NCBI GenBank assembly: GCA_030390025.1
Contig: CM059431.1
Span: 130,264,001 to 130,328,000, forward strand
DNA from: Squalus acanthias
Taxonomy: Eukaryota
Direction of reading: 5' to 3'
Length of the DNA: 64,000 nt
Shown: positions 13,052 through 25,584 of the stretch, piece by piece
Numbering within the stretch: position 1 is the stretch's first letter
Layout of the letters: every line of letters starts with the position of its first letter
Notes under the pieces: model-generated
Databases searched by the model: none
The model's input: only the letters and a program-made list of their open reading frames with translations
Told to the model about the DNA's origin: nothing
Position numbers and translations under genes: made by a program

Positions 13052-13470
13052 CAGGAAACTTTAGTTTATCCAGCATCGACGGGACCGGCGTGGTGCCGGT
13101 TTATCGAAAGTACCGGATAACGGAGAGTTACATCTACCGAGGCTATTTTTAACAAAGAGACTCCAGGCAGCGTGGGAGAATCAACTCCTGCTACTGCAGT
13201 GTTTCGGACTTCCGACAGCGCCAGGAGGCCGAGTAGTGGCACTTTTGAAAAGTACCCCTACTGACTAAATCGGCGTTCGCGGACTCGGACTCGGGATCGG
13301 CAACATTGCCGGTTATTTGAGAGGAGTTTTCAGAGCGCTCGGCGTTCGCGGAGACTCGACTGCGACTCGGCAACATTGCCGGTTATTTGAGAGGAGTTTT
13401 CGGAGGATGATTTTTGCCGGTTAAGCGAGAATTCCGGATATTTGGGTGCCGGATAAACGAAAGTTTCCTG
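13052..13470. mobile_element. Tc1/mariner (Tigger-like) MITE with internal ~70-bp tandem duplication
   Basis: TA|caggaaacttt...aaagtttcctg|TA. Ends match 7384-7738. Confidence 0.85.
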
Positions 13471-13869
13471 TAGTTGTTGCATTGAAGAACATGTGCAGTA
13501 AATCCACATAAAGTGCTTTTCAGACTTTCACATGTAGTTTTGCAGTACGGTGCTAACTTGTGATTTAGGCCATCCTTCCAAAAGGATGTTACTAGTGAAA
13601 AAATATCTATGCCTTCAGTAGGATAAAGCAATAAATCAGATAATCAAAGCAAAGATGGAAAAGTATCAAAATTCAGCTTTTAGAATAATGGATGCTTTCT
13701 GTCAAAGCTGGGAAGTGAATCCCTGGGAGAGAATGACAGTTTAATACCATAGTTTGCGTTGTTAATAAAAAAAATGAAAATTATGTGATTTTTGTTGTTT
13801 CTGATGAGCAGTGGCACATAGAATATTAATAATATACGCAAAAGTTGTGTTAGTTCATTTAATAATAAG

Positions 13870-14405
13870 GTGGGGCTCTTTTCTCTGGAAAAGAGAAGAC
13901 TGAGATGTGACCTGATAGAGGTCCTTAAGATTATGAAAGGGTTTGATAGGCTAGATGTAAAGAAGATGTTTCCAATTGCGGGGAAGACAAGAACTAGGGC
14001 CATAAGAAATAGGAGCAGGAATAGGCCACTTGGCCCCTCGAGCCTGCTCCGCTATTCAATAAGATCATGGCTGATCTTGGGCTCAAAGTCACTTCCCTGC
14101 CCGCTCCCCATAACCCTTCAGAAATAGGAGCAGGAATAGGCCACTTGGCTATAAATACAGGATAGTTACTAATAAATCCAATAGGGAATTCAGGAGACGT
14201 TTCTTTACCCAGAGAGTGGTTAGAATGTGGAACTTGCTACCACAAGGAGTAGTTAAGGTGACTAGCATAGATGCATTTAAGCGGAATCTAGATAAGCACA
14301 TGAGGGAGAAAGAAATAGAAGGATATGCTGATGGGGTAGATGAAGAGGGTGGGAGGAGGCTCGTGTGGCCGAATGGCCTGGTTCTGTGCTGTAAATACTA
14401 TGTAA
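13870..14405 (+). mobile_element. CR1 3' fragment interrupted by an inverted CR1-tail insertion (14005-14149)
   Basis: GLFSLEKRRLRCDLIEV..TRTR before the insert and FFTQRVVRMWNLLP after it. Confidence 0.85.
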
Positions 14406-14435
14406 TACCATATCATATCCTTCTGTGTAATCTTT

Positions 14436-14878
14436 GTGCTCGCTGACCTACATTGGCTCCCCAGTTAAACAACAGCTCGATTTAAAAATTCTCATCCTTG
14501 TTTTCAAATCTCTTCATGGCCTCGCCCCTTCCTATCTCTGTAATCTCCTCCAGCCCCACAACCCTCCTCTGAGATATCAGCGCTCTTCTAATTCTGCCCT
14601 CTTGAGCATTCCCGATTTTCATCGCTCCACCATTGGTGGCTGTGCCTTCAGCTGCCCAGGCCCTAAGCTCTGGAATTTCCTGCCTAAACCTCTCTGCCTC
14701 TCTACTTCTCTTTCCTCCTTTAAGACGCTCCTTAAAACCTATCTCTTTGACCAAGCTTTTGGTCAACTGGCCTAATATCTCCTTATGTGGCTCGTGTCAA
14801 ATTTTGTTTTATAACATTCCTGTGAAGCGCCTTGGGATGTTTTACTACGTTAAAGGTGCTATATAAATACAGGTTGTT
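14436..14878 (+). mobile_element. L2 LINE 3' end
   Basis: LHWLP, KILILVFKSLHGLAPSYL, AFS..PKLWN.LP and FKTLLKTYLF motifs. Tail gtgaagcgccttgggatg...ctatataaat. Confidence 0.85.
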
Positions 14879-15822
14879 ATCAAATGATTTGCTCGCTTTG
14901 GGAAAAATAAATAAATTGGGAATTCTCCTGTAACCTAATGCTGGATAGTCTCCATGATCTTGAACAGAATGTGGACCATGTAGGGTTACAAAGGTTTATT
15001 GAAGGGAATTTCCATGACACACAAAGCCCAACATATTGTATTTGTTAATCTTAGTTAAAAAAAAAGTAAGGAATGATGGAATGTTAGGAGAATGTGCCAG
15101 TGAATGGATTTGTCGATGTTTGGTGCTCTGCCAACCCACAAAAGGAGTGAAAAAAGTTACTAAAATGTGGAAAAGGCAATTTAAACTTGTTAAAAGCCTT
15201 ATTAAAGATCATTTATGATTTGGCTCCTAAAGCAGCTTTTGAGTGTCGGAATAGTTTCTTGTAATAAACACAATGGCCCAGAATTTTCTGGATTGGGGCA
15301 TCTCATGGCATGCCCCGTTTGTTAGATTTTTTCCCTCACTTTTCAGCTCAAATTTTTGCGCCACAAATTGCTGGAAGTGCGAGCTGATAACGGCGCGGTG
15401 AGGACAGTGGGGCATCTGGAAACTTGGTGAAAGATGGAACCAACAGTCCATCTTCTCAAACAATGAAGAAAGAAACAGGAATGACAGAGAAGGAAATAAG
15501 ATGAATTGGAGTTCAATTAAATACAGAAAGAGAAATAAACGCTGGAATTTTCTGTACCTGGGCGGGTCGGGTGCGGTTGGTCGCCGTGGCGGTACGCGAC
15601 CCCGTTCTTCATTCCATTCCGCTGCTCAGATTGACTTTCCGTTTATGGCGCCCATTAAGGCAGCCCTGTGCATTACCTGGCCCTATTAAATGGTACGGTC
15701 CTGATGACATCATCGATGACGCGTCTTCAGCCGAGATATTTAAAGGAGCCATGGCCACATTGCATTTGAAGGCTCATCTAGGATCGTGCAGGCACTGCAC
15801 TGCACCATTGGAGTGATACAAA

Positions 15823-16643
15823 GGCTTACCTTTCGGTGCGAGTTGGGAGCGGGACTGCTGCCTTCCGGGTTCCGATCCCGCCCCCAACGACGTCCGCGGG
15901 CTTGCTGGCCAATTAAGAGAAAGCCGGTGTCAGATGACGTCAGTTGATGACGCGTCATCTGCTGGTTTTCTTAAAGGGGCCACGCACATTTTTTTTTGAC
16001 AGATGATTTTTCAGTGTTTGACAGCATTGAGGTGCTGCAAACACTGCCAATCACTGTACAAAGGTGAGCCCTTGCACCCAGGCCCTCCAGTGACTCTCTC
16101 CTTAGGATAAAACAGATGGCAGCTGCAGGTGAGGTTACAGAAGCAATCTGTCACTGGTGAGAGAGGTTCTCCGAATGAGGTGGGACTACACAAACACTTC
16201 AAACCTTGTTACCTACAGAAAAGTCTAAATATATTAAAACTGATTTTCCCAACATTTTCTTACCTCTGAAACTCACTATGTACCATTGGATCCTTTACAC
16301 CACGTCTGCAGCTGTCATCAATGCACAAACCTTACAGTAGAACCACAGCACGCCACACTTACCTGGCGTGGTGTTCGGACATCGGGAAGCCCGCAGTCGA
16401 CCTGTCAAAATTGAAAAAAGCCTCTTCACTGCCTGTTAGCTATCAGTTAACAGGCAGTTAAGTGCCTATAATCCTCTTCCTGCCGTTAGGTGTCGGGTCC
16501 CTGCGCAAATCCGGGACCTGACACTTGGGAAGATTGTATGGAGGTGGGTTGACAGCGGGTTCGGCAACCAATGTCAATCTTTGCAATTTTGCCAGCAGTC
16601 CCGCCTCCAAACCCGCCCCCTGAGCGCCGGCAAAATTCCCCCC
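15823..16643. mobile_element. Harbinger-type MITE inserted 14 bp upstream of the Myb-like ATG
   Basis: AAA on both flanks. Right TIR gccggcaaaattcccccc. Shares gcgggactgct and the ctgcctgtt..aacaggcag palindrome with 4240-5018. Confidence 0.65.
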
Positions 16644-16657
16644 AAAGAGTTTAAAAC

Positions 16658-18515
16658 ATGACTGCACAGTGAGAGAGGGCTGCACCCAGGTTCTCAGATG
16701 ACTCCCTCCATATACTTGTGGAGGGAGTGAGAGCACGCAGGGAGGTCCTCTTCCCTTCCGATGGGCAGAAGAGACCTCCCGAACAAACCAAAGGAGCCTG
16801 GCTCCAAATAGCAGAGGAGGTCAACAGCAGGGTTGTTGTGAGGAGGATCTGGGTGCAGTGCTGGAAACGCTTCAGTGATCTCATTAGATTAGGAAAGGTG
16901 AGTACAAAGCCACACTCAACTTCATCCTGCTGTGCCTTTCATCACTCTGCCTTCCCAAGCCTACTCCTGCACATCCTTACACCAACATACCTTGCACATC
17001 CAGCCATTCCTCTCTCTCTATCTACATTATCACATCCCCAACTCACTAGCCACCTCTCACACTCACCCTCATCCTAATGCAATCATACCAACTAACAACA
17101 CACAAGGAGGCCATTTGGCATTGGCACCCCACTCCATCATAGTCACCCTCTAAAGATGTAACCCATCCATTCCTTACATTCATTCTATTCCTCTCACTCA
17201 ACCTCTTCTTTCCCTCCTTGCAGGAAAAGAGAGCCCACAATAAGAGGGAGAGAGAGAGAACCGGAGGAGGCACTTCATCATTGGCCACCTTAACAGCAGC
17301 AGAGGAGGTTGCCTTGGAAGTGTTTGGAGCTGCAGAGCAGCTGGAGGTGGGAGAGAAATAGAGGGGGACACCTCAGCAACCTGGTGACAGAATTACATCT
17401 CGTACAGCCACATGGCATACAGCAGTCACTCATATGGGGACTAATGTCAGCAGCCAGTGAATGTTCATCATGTGCATAATGGTATCTGTACCCATTCTTG
17501 ATATGACATAACTAACTCATCCATCAGGAGCGCCCCCCCCACCCCCCCCCCCCCCGCACTGTCCAGGAGGAAGAGGAAGATGACTCCTCAGAGGAGCCAC
17601 CAGCCTCTGAGGGTGCACCATCACCAGACATAAGCACACCCAGCACCAGCGCAGATACGCACACCTTGGTGGGTGCAATGCGAGATAGAGCAGTGTTGTC
17701 ACCTGGCGTCTCACAACTCACAAGTGAGCAAGAGCAGATGGTGGAGACAGGAACAGCAGTGGAGACTCCTCGCCGGAGGGTGCAGGACACTCCCAGCTTT
17801 GCTCAGCTGCGTACAGACACTGAGCCTCGGGGGCCATCCAGAAAGAGGGCGATCCTGGAGGTGCAGCAAGAAGTGCAAGAGGTTTTGACAGGTTTTGCGA
17901 CTGCGATGTCTGCAAATGTGCAGAAAATGGAGGAGTCCATCTCCAATATGAGCACCACCGTGTCAAAGGCGATGGCGACTGTAGGCTCTTCCATGGATAG
18001 GATGGCCACCTGCGTGGAACAGCTAATGCGCCACTCACAGGAGCACATGGTCTCTATGGAGAACAGATGGCAGAGGCTCATAGACCTCCTGTCTAGGAGG
18101 GATGTCAGCATAGACGTGGGTCCTCATGGCCCCACTGCTGTGCAGCAAGGTGCTCTCCAGCTCCTTGCTAGCAGCGAAGTGCAGGTGGCCCATGAGAGGG
18201 ATTACATTGAGAGGGGACATGAAAGTGGGGGCTCCTCTCAAAGCGCTCACACTTCTCCCCCGTAGCCACCCCCCCCCCGCCCCCAGTCAGAGCCCCAGAT
18301 GGCTCCTCGGATCACAATGGCTGAGTCTGCCCCTGCACAGTCGCAGGAGGAGCAGACTTTGGCGGGGCCATCACAGGCTCCAAGGCAGAGGACGTCCGCC
18401 CAAAGTGTCTAACCAGTCGCAGCAGGGAAGTGAGCAGGCTGCCTCTACCTCTGCTGAAGCCACAGGGGTAGCACCTGGTAGAAGTACGCATAAAAGAAAG
18501 ATGAAACACAAGTAG
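16658..18515 (+). pseudogene. Harbinger Myb/SANT-like DNA-binding protein, 3 exons (16658-16897, 17224-17383, ~17520-18515)
   Basis: Exon 1 RAAPRFSDDSL..RREVLF..AWLQIAEEVNS..QCWKRFSDL ends AAG|GTGAGT. Exon 2 starts tgcag|EKRAHNKRERERTGGG. TGA at codon 5, later frameshifts, and the exon-3 acceptor is deleted relative to the copy at 57705-59586. Confidence 0.85.
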
Positions 18516-18569
18516 ATGCACAAGGGTAGCTACTTGGATGTTTTAATAAATGTTTCTATAAAGTTTCCA

Positions 18570-19604
18570 TTACATATGGGTGTAATGCCTGAAGTTAAGT
18601 AAATCTTGCCATGATGAGGCCATCCCGTGCCTCCCGGGCAGCAATGTGCTTGGGTGTTGGTGGGATCTGGACCGCTGGTTCCTCCTCCCCTCTCCCTCTG
18701 AAGAGGCTGTGCGCTCAGAACGTTGCTCCTCATGCAGCGCTAATCCTTGCTGCTGCGCTATGTTGTGCAGGGCGCAGCAGACCATGACCATTCTGGAGAC
18801 CCTGGCTGGTGCATACTGAAGGGCTCCTCCAGATCTGTCAAGGCATCTGAAGCGCATTTTCAGCATGCATATTGTCTGCTCTGTGACACAACTGGTGGAA
18901 ATGTGGCTTTCATTATATCTCTCCTGGGCCTCAGTACTTGGCCTCCTCAAGGGTGTCATGAGCCGTGTCTTCAGTGGAGAGCCCTTGTCTCTAAGCAGCC
19001 AGCTGGAAAGTCTGTTTGGAGGAGTGAATAACTGAGGGAGGATGGACTGGCGCAGGACAAAAGAGTCATGGCAGCTACCAGGGAATTTGGCACACACATG
19101 CATGAAGATCTTACTAGAGTTGGAGACGAGCTGCACATTGAGGGAGTGGAAGCCCTTGCGGTAGACAAAGACTCCTGGGTGAGGATGGGGTGCCCTGATG
19201 GCCACATATGTGCACTTGATGACGCCCTGAACCCGTTGGAAGCTAGCCAGAGTGGCAAAGGCCAGTCCCTGCTCAGTAACACTGGCTTCATCAGTGGCAA
19301 AGTTGATATACGATGACCTGTGTGATGCATCTGTCACGGCAGAATGCGAGATGCCGCAACTGTCTGTTGCAGATCCCTGGAAAGTGACTTTGACAGCCAC
19401 TGGCATGGCGCGTCCGCCCGCTCCTCTGGGCAGCATCAGGTGGTTGAGGAGAAGGTTGGTGTTGTTGTTGGTGCTGCTGGTGTGCCTGGTGCTGCTGGTG
19501 TTGGGGCTCATCGTGGTCCGATTCTGAGGACCAAGGTGAGACAGTATAAATGGCACCAATGCTGATGTAATAGATGGCAGGTGAAGTAGAGATGAGAGAA
19601 GCAA
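18570..19604 (-). pseudogene. Harbinger DDE transposase (HARBI1-like), internally deleted and catalytically degenerate
   Basis: [61 protein letters not shown]. The first catalytic Asp of the G.IDCTH motif is replaced. Confidence 0.9.
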
Positions 19605-21294
19605 TCTGTCAGTGGTGTGATAGGTTCTACCAATGAGGTGACAGTGGATCCTGACTTTGCTGGAAACACTCTAGAAAGCTAAATCTGCGGGCAATGCATT
19701 CAGCAACATCTGCTTTGGGAAAGTGACCAGCTGTCAGGTGGGAGTTTTTATTGTACTTTTCATGCTGCGCACAAATGAGCTGGATCAATGGCCACTGAAT
19801 TTCCACCTCAGGTTCACAGACGTGGTTCCCGAGCTGCGTGATTCCCGTGGTCATGCAGGGAAATTTGAAAAGTAGGGTTAAAAAGATGCTTAAGCGTCTG
19901 ACAGGTACCTCATAATGATCTCAATTAACTCGGTCGCCTTTGCCGTTCGGGTCGCTAATGTGCCTGAGGGAAAGGCGCGTGGGTGGTGGGATGATGGCGA
20001 GTACCTGACCACGCCAAGGTTTATCAAATTTCCATCCTGACCCGCCTCCAATCACCCCCCACACGGACCCCAGAAAATTCCAGCCGAAAAGATGGAAAGA
20101 AAGGTTGGATTAAGAGAGAAAGAAAAAAGAGACAGAAAGGGAAAGTAAGGGAAAAAAATTAAAGTTTAAAATTCTTAAAACTTCTAGCAACAATTTACTA
20201 CCTGCAGGAATAGGAATCCACACTTGCAGTTGTTCCCTTTCTGTACCGGAGAGGTTGAGTGGCTTTGGAGAACATAAATCTCGGCATTAAAATAGTCCAT
20301 ACGCCTTTAAGTATCAGCCCTAACTTTCTGTTGCTAGTTTAATTCGTTTTAACAGCGCAAGTGCAGCAATTGCTTGAAACTCATGGGCAGGTTGATGGCG
20401 AGCTCCGATTTTCATGAGGCGAGTGGCAGAACGCCGCAAATCGACAAGCAATTTGTGGCTATTCACTACTCATGCGGTATCTCTTCCTTACCACAAATTG
20501 CTGGGTTATTTACACACTGATAACAGCGCCCACATTAAACTTGCTGTTATTTTAACAGCAAATTATGGGCCATTATATTTGGTCTACATTTAACATTCTA
20601 GACAACATACCAGCCAACCAATGTCACAGTGACTTGAGGTGTGTTGTTGAACTATTTTTGCCATGTAATTAAATTAAACTTTTAAAAAATTGTAAAAAAA
20701 AGTGTTCCTAATTGGCTCCCAGTTATATTTCATAAAATATAATTGGGAGCCAATTTTCAAGGCAATTTTTTGACGTCACAAGCTTTTTAAGTGCCTTTTT
20801 TGATGAAAGTGGTTCAATAACCAATATTCATTAAATTGGTTTATCATAATTTTTCATAAAGATACCTGCTGTTTTACATTGGAAAAAGAATCCAAAAGAC
20901 AGGTATGTTATATGAAAATACATTTGTCGAGACTGGAAAAAGTATACTTTTATTTGCTAAAAGTGAAATATATCTTTAAACTCCCTTTCATGTGTCTGAA
21001 CGTTCCTAATGTAGACATTAGTAGTTGCATAGCTGAAATAATAACCAGTCATTTTTATTCTGGCTTACTTTGCAAGTACTTCGCTATTTAAGCTTTGCTT
21101 TCGTGGCATTACAATTTTCATATTTGCATATATTCCTTTAGTTACTTTATAGGCTCAGTGTGTCTCCTGTGGAATCATTTGCCACTTAAACAAGTACTAA
21201 TCCACTCTCCACTTCTGTTTCATATCTCTCTTTGTTTTGCTGTACTAAGTCAGTTAGTGTGGTGCTTTCTGTGATAGACTTTTAAGATATGATG

Positions 21295-21460
21295 CTACCC
21301 TGATGGCTCAGCTGGTTGATGCAGTTTTTGTAGCTGAGCCATATAAATCAGTGCCAGTCCCAGGTCAATCTGTGGCCTGTGCTGAGTTAGTTAATCTCAG
21401 CAGAGTTGGCAATAGCTCCGTTGTAATTGGCTTCAGCATCCCTGGATTAGGGAGAGTAAA
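21295..21460 (+). mobile_element. Old tRNA-derived SINE
   Basis: A-box-like tggctcagctgg, B-box-like ccaggtcaatc, then ctgtgctgagttagttaatctcag. Related copy at 40125-40250 (-). Confidence 0.55.
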
Positions 21461-22585
21461 ACTGGATGCCAGAACCAAGTTAACATCTGCAGGCGGAAAG
21501 GGGAGAAAATTGGCAGACAGAGAAAGTAGAAAAAAATGAAGACACGGTAAATCTCTACAATTGTTCTAAAGTTATTCAGTTGCCGACATTTACCAGCTGC
21601 CTGGTGGGAGACACTTAAGCATTGGTATACATTATATCCAGGTCCCACATGGGGGAGTCTGGTTCCAATATTCCTTTCAGAATATTGCCCAGTGTTAACA
21701 TTTTAAAATTGCTCTGAATTGAAAATAAGGATCCAGCATGCAATGTTATTGTTGTATAAGAATAGTCAAAATTTAGAATGTCTAATGTGTAGGAGGGCAG
21801 AACTAGGTAAACATTTTGCCAATAGTCTTCTTGCTGGCTGCTTTATCAGAGATCTGCCTTCAATAAACAGAAATGAACTTGTTGTGAGCCAAGTCTTTCT
21901 TCAAAAGGTTGAGAACTGCCGTGGCATTTTTATGAGCTTATGATTTATTATAAAATATCCAATAAAGTGAGAAACAAATTGTAAGCAGTTTAATGCACAT
22001 GTGGGAAGTTGCTGATATAAAGTACTTGCCAAAAACCTTTCCTGTAAACTTGCCTCTTAATTTGACTAATGCTGTGTTCCTTTTCAAATTAATTGAATGT
22101 ACATACACTGCAATTATTTAAAACATGTGCTGCAGTGTAGAGACTGTAATAATTCAAAAACTTAGAATTTAATACTGCTGCACCATATAAAGAGGGAGGA
22201 TTGGGAAGACACAAAACTGCAAAGAGCAATTACTGTTTTGATATCAGAATTGCACGATAAGCTTGGATAAGAAGAACATGATTAATCATCAAATACTTTT
22301 AGATTTTTGAAAACGCTTTCAACTCCTAATCCTTATAGAGGCTGGAAATCAAGATTGTACAAACACTAAACTGCAGACAAAGAGCTGACAGGTGCCACTC
22401 GTCCACAGTTTGATGTTACATTTATATTACTGCTGGAGTGTTGGAATACATAGTAAGCAATAAAAAAGCTGCAAAGTTGTGTGAAGGGTTGGCATTGTCC
22501 AGCATTAATTCTGGACCATGTTGACAGACAACACTTTGTGGCATGAAGAATTGGGCCATTTACCTGATAATTAATTACTGCTTAG

Positions 22586-22948
22586 AAGGCTTAGCAGGAT
22601 AGATGCTGAGAAGCTGTTTCCCTTGGCTGGAGAGTCTAGAACTAGGGCTCATCGTTTCAGGATAAGGGGTCGGCCATTTAGGACTGAGATGAGGAGAAAT
22701 TTCTTCAGTCAGAGGGTTGTGAATCTTTGGAATTCTCTACCCCAGAAGGCTGTGGATGCTCAGTCGATGAGTATATTCAGGTCTGAGATTGATACATTTT
22801 TGGGCACTAAGAGAATCAAGCGATATGAGGATAGGGCGGGAAAGTGGAGTTGATGTAGCAGTTCAGCCATGATCTTACTGAGTGGCAGAGCATGCTCGAG
22901 GGGCCGTAAAACCTACTCCTGCTCCTATTTCTTATGTTCTTATGTTCT
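22586..22948 (+). mobile_element. CR1 3' fragment
   Basis: GESRTRAHRFRIRGRPFRTEMRRNFFSQRVVNLWNSLP followed by a (TTCTTATG)n tail. Confidence 0.95.
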
Positions 22949-25122
22949 GCTGGGTAGTCTTATCTTTGCTCCTTCCTTAAGGTGTATCTTCAACTTCTGT
23001 ATCAGTTTCCAGGTACTGCAGTAGTGTACATAGTATTGACCCTGGATGTCACTTCTTGCCCAAGGGGCTTTGATTCCATGCCATTAACCACCCCCCCCCC
23101 CCCCTCGATTCCGTTTCCTGTTTCCACTGGTTGATGCCAGCCATTTGTTTTACCCCATACAACTTCCAGAAAAGCTGGAAAAGAATGTTGTCTCCACATG
23201 CAGCTTCTTACCTTTCAAGTATGCATCAGTTTAATTTTGGCACGCAGCCTTTTAGGGGATGATGATGTGTCCTATTTCCTGTTCCTCTACCCATCCCCAT
23301 TATGAGCTCTGGCTTGCAGGCCCAAATTCGGCTGGGATCTTAACTTACTTAGCAAATAAGGACTAATCCTGGAAGATCCAGCAGGATTAGACCTTCTCAG
23401 GTGAGTGAAAAACTCAACGCTCCAGTACTGTTGTTTTAGCATCGAACCAGAAAATATACCATGTGATGACTCCAAATGCAAACATCTATGTTGTCATCAG
23501 AAGTATGAGCCAACACCACTTCTTTTGGTGGCTTCTGTTGTCTCTGATGGCACTTTCTATACCTTATTTAATTTATTATTGACTTCAGGATTGCCATCAG
23601 TGGCCAACTAAATAGGAAAAGAACAGTAGCTCTCAACCCAATCCCAACATAATACAACCAAAAAATGTATTTGAGTCAAATGTATATTTGTGATAAAATT
23701 CAAGGTGCATTAGGGGTGGGAGACTGAGCTCAGGTATCTATGCTTATTATGTGATTGCATATGTGAGGAATATTTTGGCTTAAAACAAAACTGCTAAAAG
23801 AGACCACAGTGAGCTAATACATAGAAAAGTGTGCAACTTTGTTGACATGAGAGTCCAGGGACGTTTTTTTTTTAATTTGACATATTTCTTCATTATTTTA
23901 TTTATCCAACTTTGTTTAGATTCCCGCACACTATCCCTAATAAATATAGAGAACTGACAATCTGCCAATACCTCTCTGTAACAATCTGCTTGGAGGTACC
24001 CGAATTGTTTTTCATTCTATCTTGATGTCTATTTCCCCACACTCCCCAGATGGTGCCACAGTGCTTTCAAAAAACTTCGTAAAAATGAACATATTTACAA
24101 AATTTACCTTTTCCTGTGAGCTTAGCAGCAGAGCAGTGAAAGGCTCTGAGACTGAATGATTGAACCTATGTTGCAGTTTCTTTTATCTTCACTTTAATTT
24201 TACTTGCCCTGTGAACTGGGATACTTGGTCCCACCACTCCTAAACACACAAAATCAAAATCAAAATCAGATAAAGAAGGTGTTTTGTAGCAAGATTAAAT
24301 TTTTCTTATGAACATTACAATAAGGTTGATGATGTTCATCTATTAGCTCCCAGGTTTTCCACCTACCTGACAAAGTGTTGCTTCTTGTAAAAACTTTTTT
24401 TTTGTGAAATCTATTGTGGGCTATGAAAGGTCCACTGGTTTTCATCTGGTGGTCATAACTTTAAAATGTTTGATCATTATTTAACTTTCTAATGTGGCTC
24501 TCTGCCATGAAATTTTGACTTCTCTGGGAAACAGGAAATGCTTGGATAAAACCCAGATGCCTCCCAGTGGCATATGCATTTACTTTTAACTACATATTGA
24601 GTTTATCATTACACAGGTGAAAAATACCTCACTACCAAATGTTGAATATGTCTCAGAATTTTTTTAAAAAGCTGTAATTCTACTGGAAGGAAGTATTATT
24701 GTCCTTGAGTGTTCTGCATATCACAGGCGTGATGCATATTGTAGAGTTCCATAAAATATGTTTTTATATTCTTGGTTGGTTTCAAAATTAAAATGTTCAA
24801 ATTGTCTCTTGTACAATAAGTACTGATGTTAAAATATATATTCAGTTTCACGTTACAGAACTAACAAACCAATGAAAGTACTGCTAAATATTGTTTTATA
24901 AAATTGTTTTATGAACAGCTTTGCCTTCTGTATCATTAAAAAAAATGACCAATGGAGGTTCTATCCTTAGATTGGAAGCATTTCCATGGGATTATATAGT
25001 CCTTTGAAGTTTCAGGCAGAAAAATGTGACAGTGGCAGATCCCTCAATATTACACTGTTATGGAGAGGTCAATAATTCTATTGCTGTAATACAACTGAAA
25101 TATGCACTTTTTATTTGGCAGC

Positions 25123-25584
25123 ATAACCTTTTATTCCTTTCTCCCTCATGTGTTTATCTAGCTTTCCCTTAACTGTATCAACTTCACCTCAACTACTCCA
25201 TATGGTACCAAGTTCCACATTCTAACCACTCTCTGGGTGAAGAAATTCCTCCTGAATTCCCCATTGGATTTATTCGTAACTATCTTATATTTATGGCCTC
25301 CAGTTTTGGTATCCCCCACAAGTGGAAACATTTTCTCTATGTCTACCCTATTAAACCTTTTCAGAATCTTAAAGACCTCTACCAGGTCACCCCTCAGTCT
25401 TCTCTTTTCTAGAGAAAAGAGTCCAAGCATGTTCATTCTTTCCTGATAGGTATAACATTTTTTTTGCACTGTATTCAGTGCCTCTATATCGCTTTTTTAT
25501 AATATAAGGTTCTATATAAGTTTAACGTAACTTCTCTGCTTTTCAATTCTATTCCTCTCGAAAAGCACCCCAGTGCTTTGTTTG
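25123..25584 (-). mobile_element. Old CR1 3' fragment (possibly continuing at 34445-34525)
   Basis: ORF 25158-25469 GLFSLEKRRLRGDL..FFTQRVVRMWN. Confidence 0.9.

Larger units (their letters stand above)
15540..20087. mobile_element. PIF/Harbinger transposon C (two convergent genes, decayed)
   Basis: TIRs gctggaattttctg / cagaaaattccagc. Contains a Myb/SANT-like gene (+) and a HARBI1-type transposase (-). Confidence 0.9.
15275..20571. mobile_element. Harbinger-type MITE (15275-15539 + 20088-20571) split by Harbinger element C
   Basis: TIRs ggcccagaattt / aaattatgggcc. The two halves are homologous to the uninterrupted MITE at 41709-42461 (inverted). Confidence 0.75.

Noticed and set aside
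18570..19604. Domesticated host HARBI1 gene
   Set aside because: It lies between TIRs next to a Myb-like partner, has internal deletions and a lost catalytic Asp, and relatives occur elsewhere in the window.
21295..21390. tRNA gene
   Set aside because: Only degenerate A/B boxes and no cloverleaf. It continues into SINE-like sequence repeated at 40125-40250.
23320..23400. Coding exon with good acceptor and CAG|GTGAGT donor
   Set aside because: Stops in all three frames. A non-coding exon cannot be excluded but has no support.
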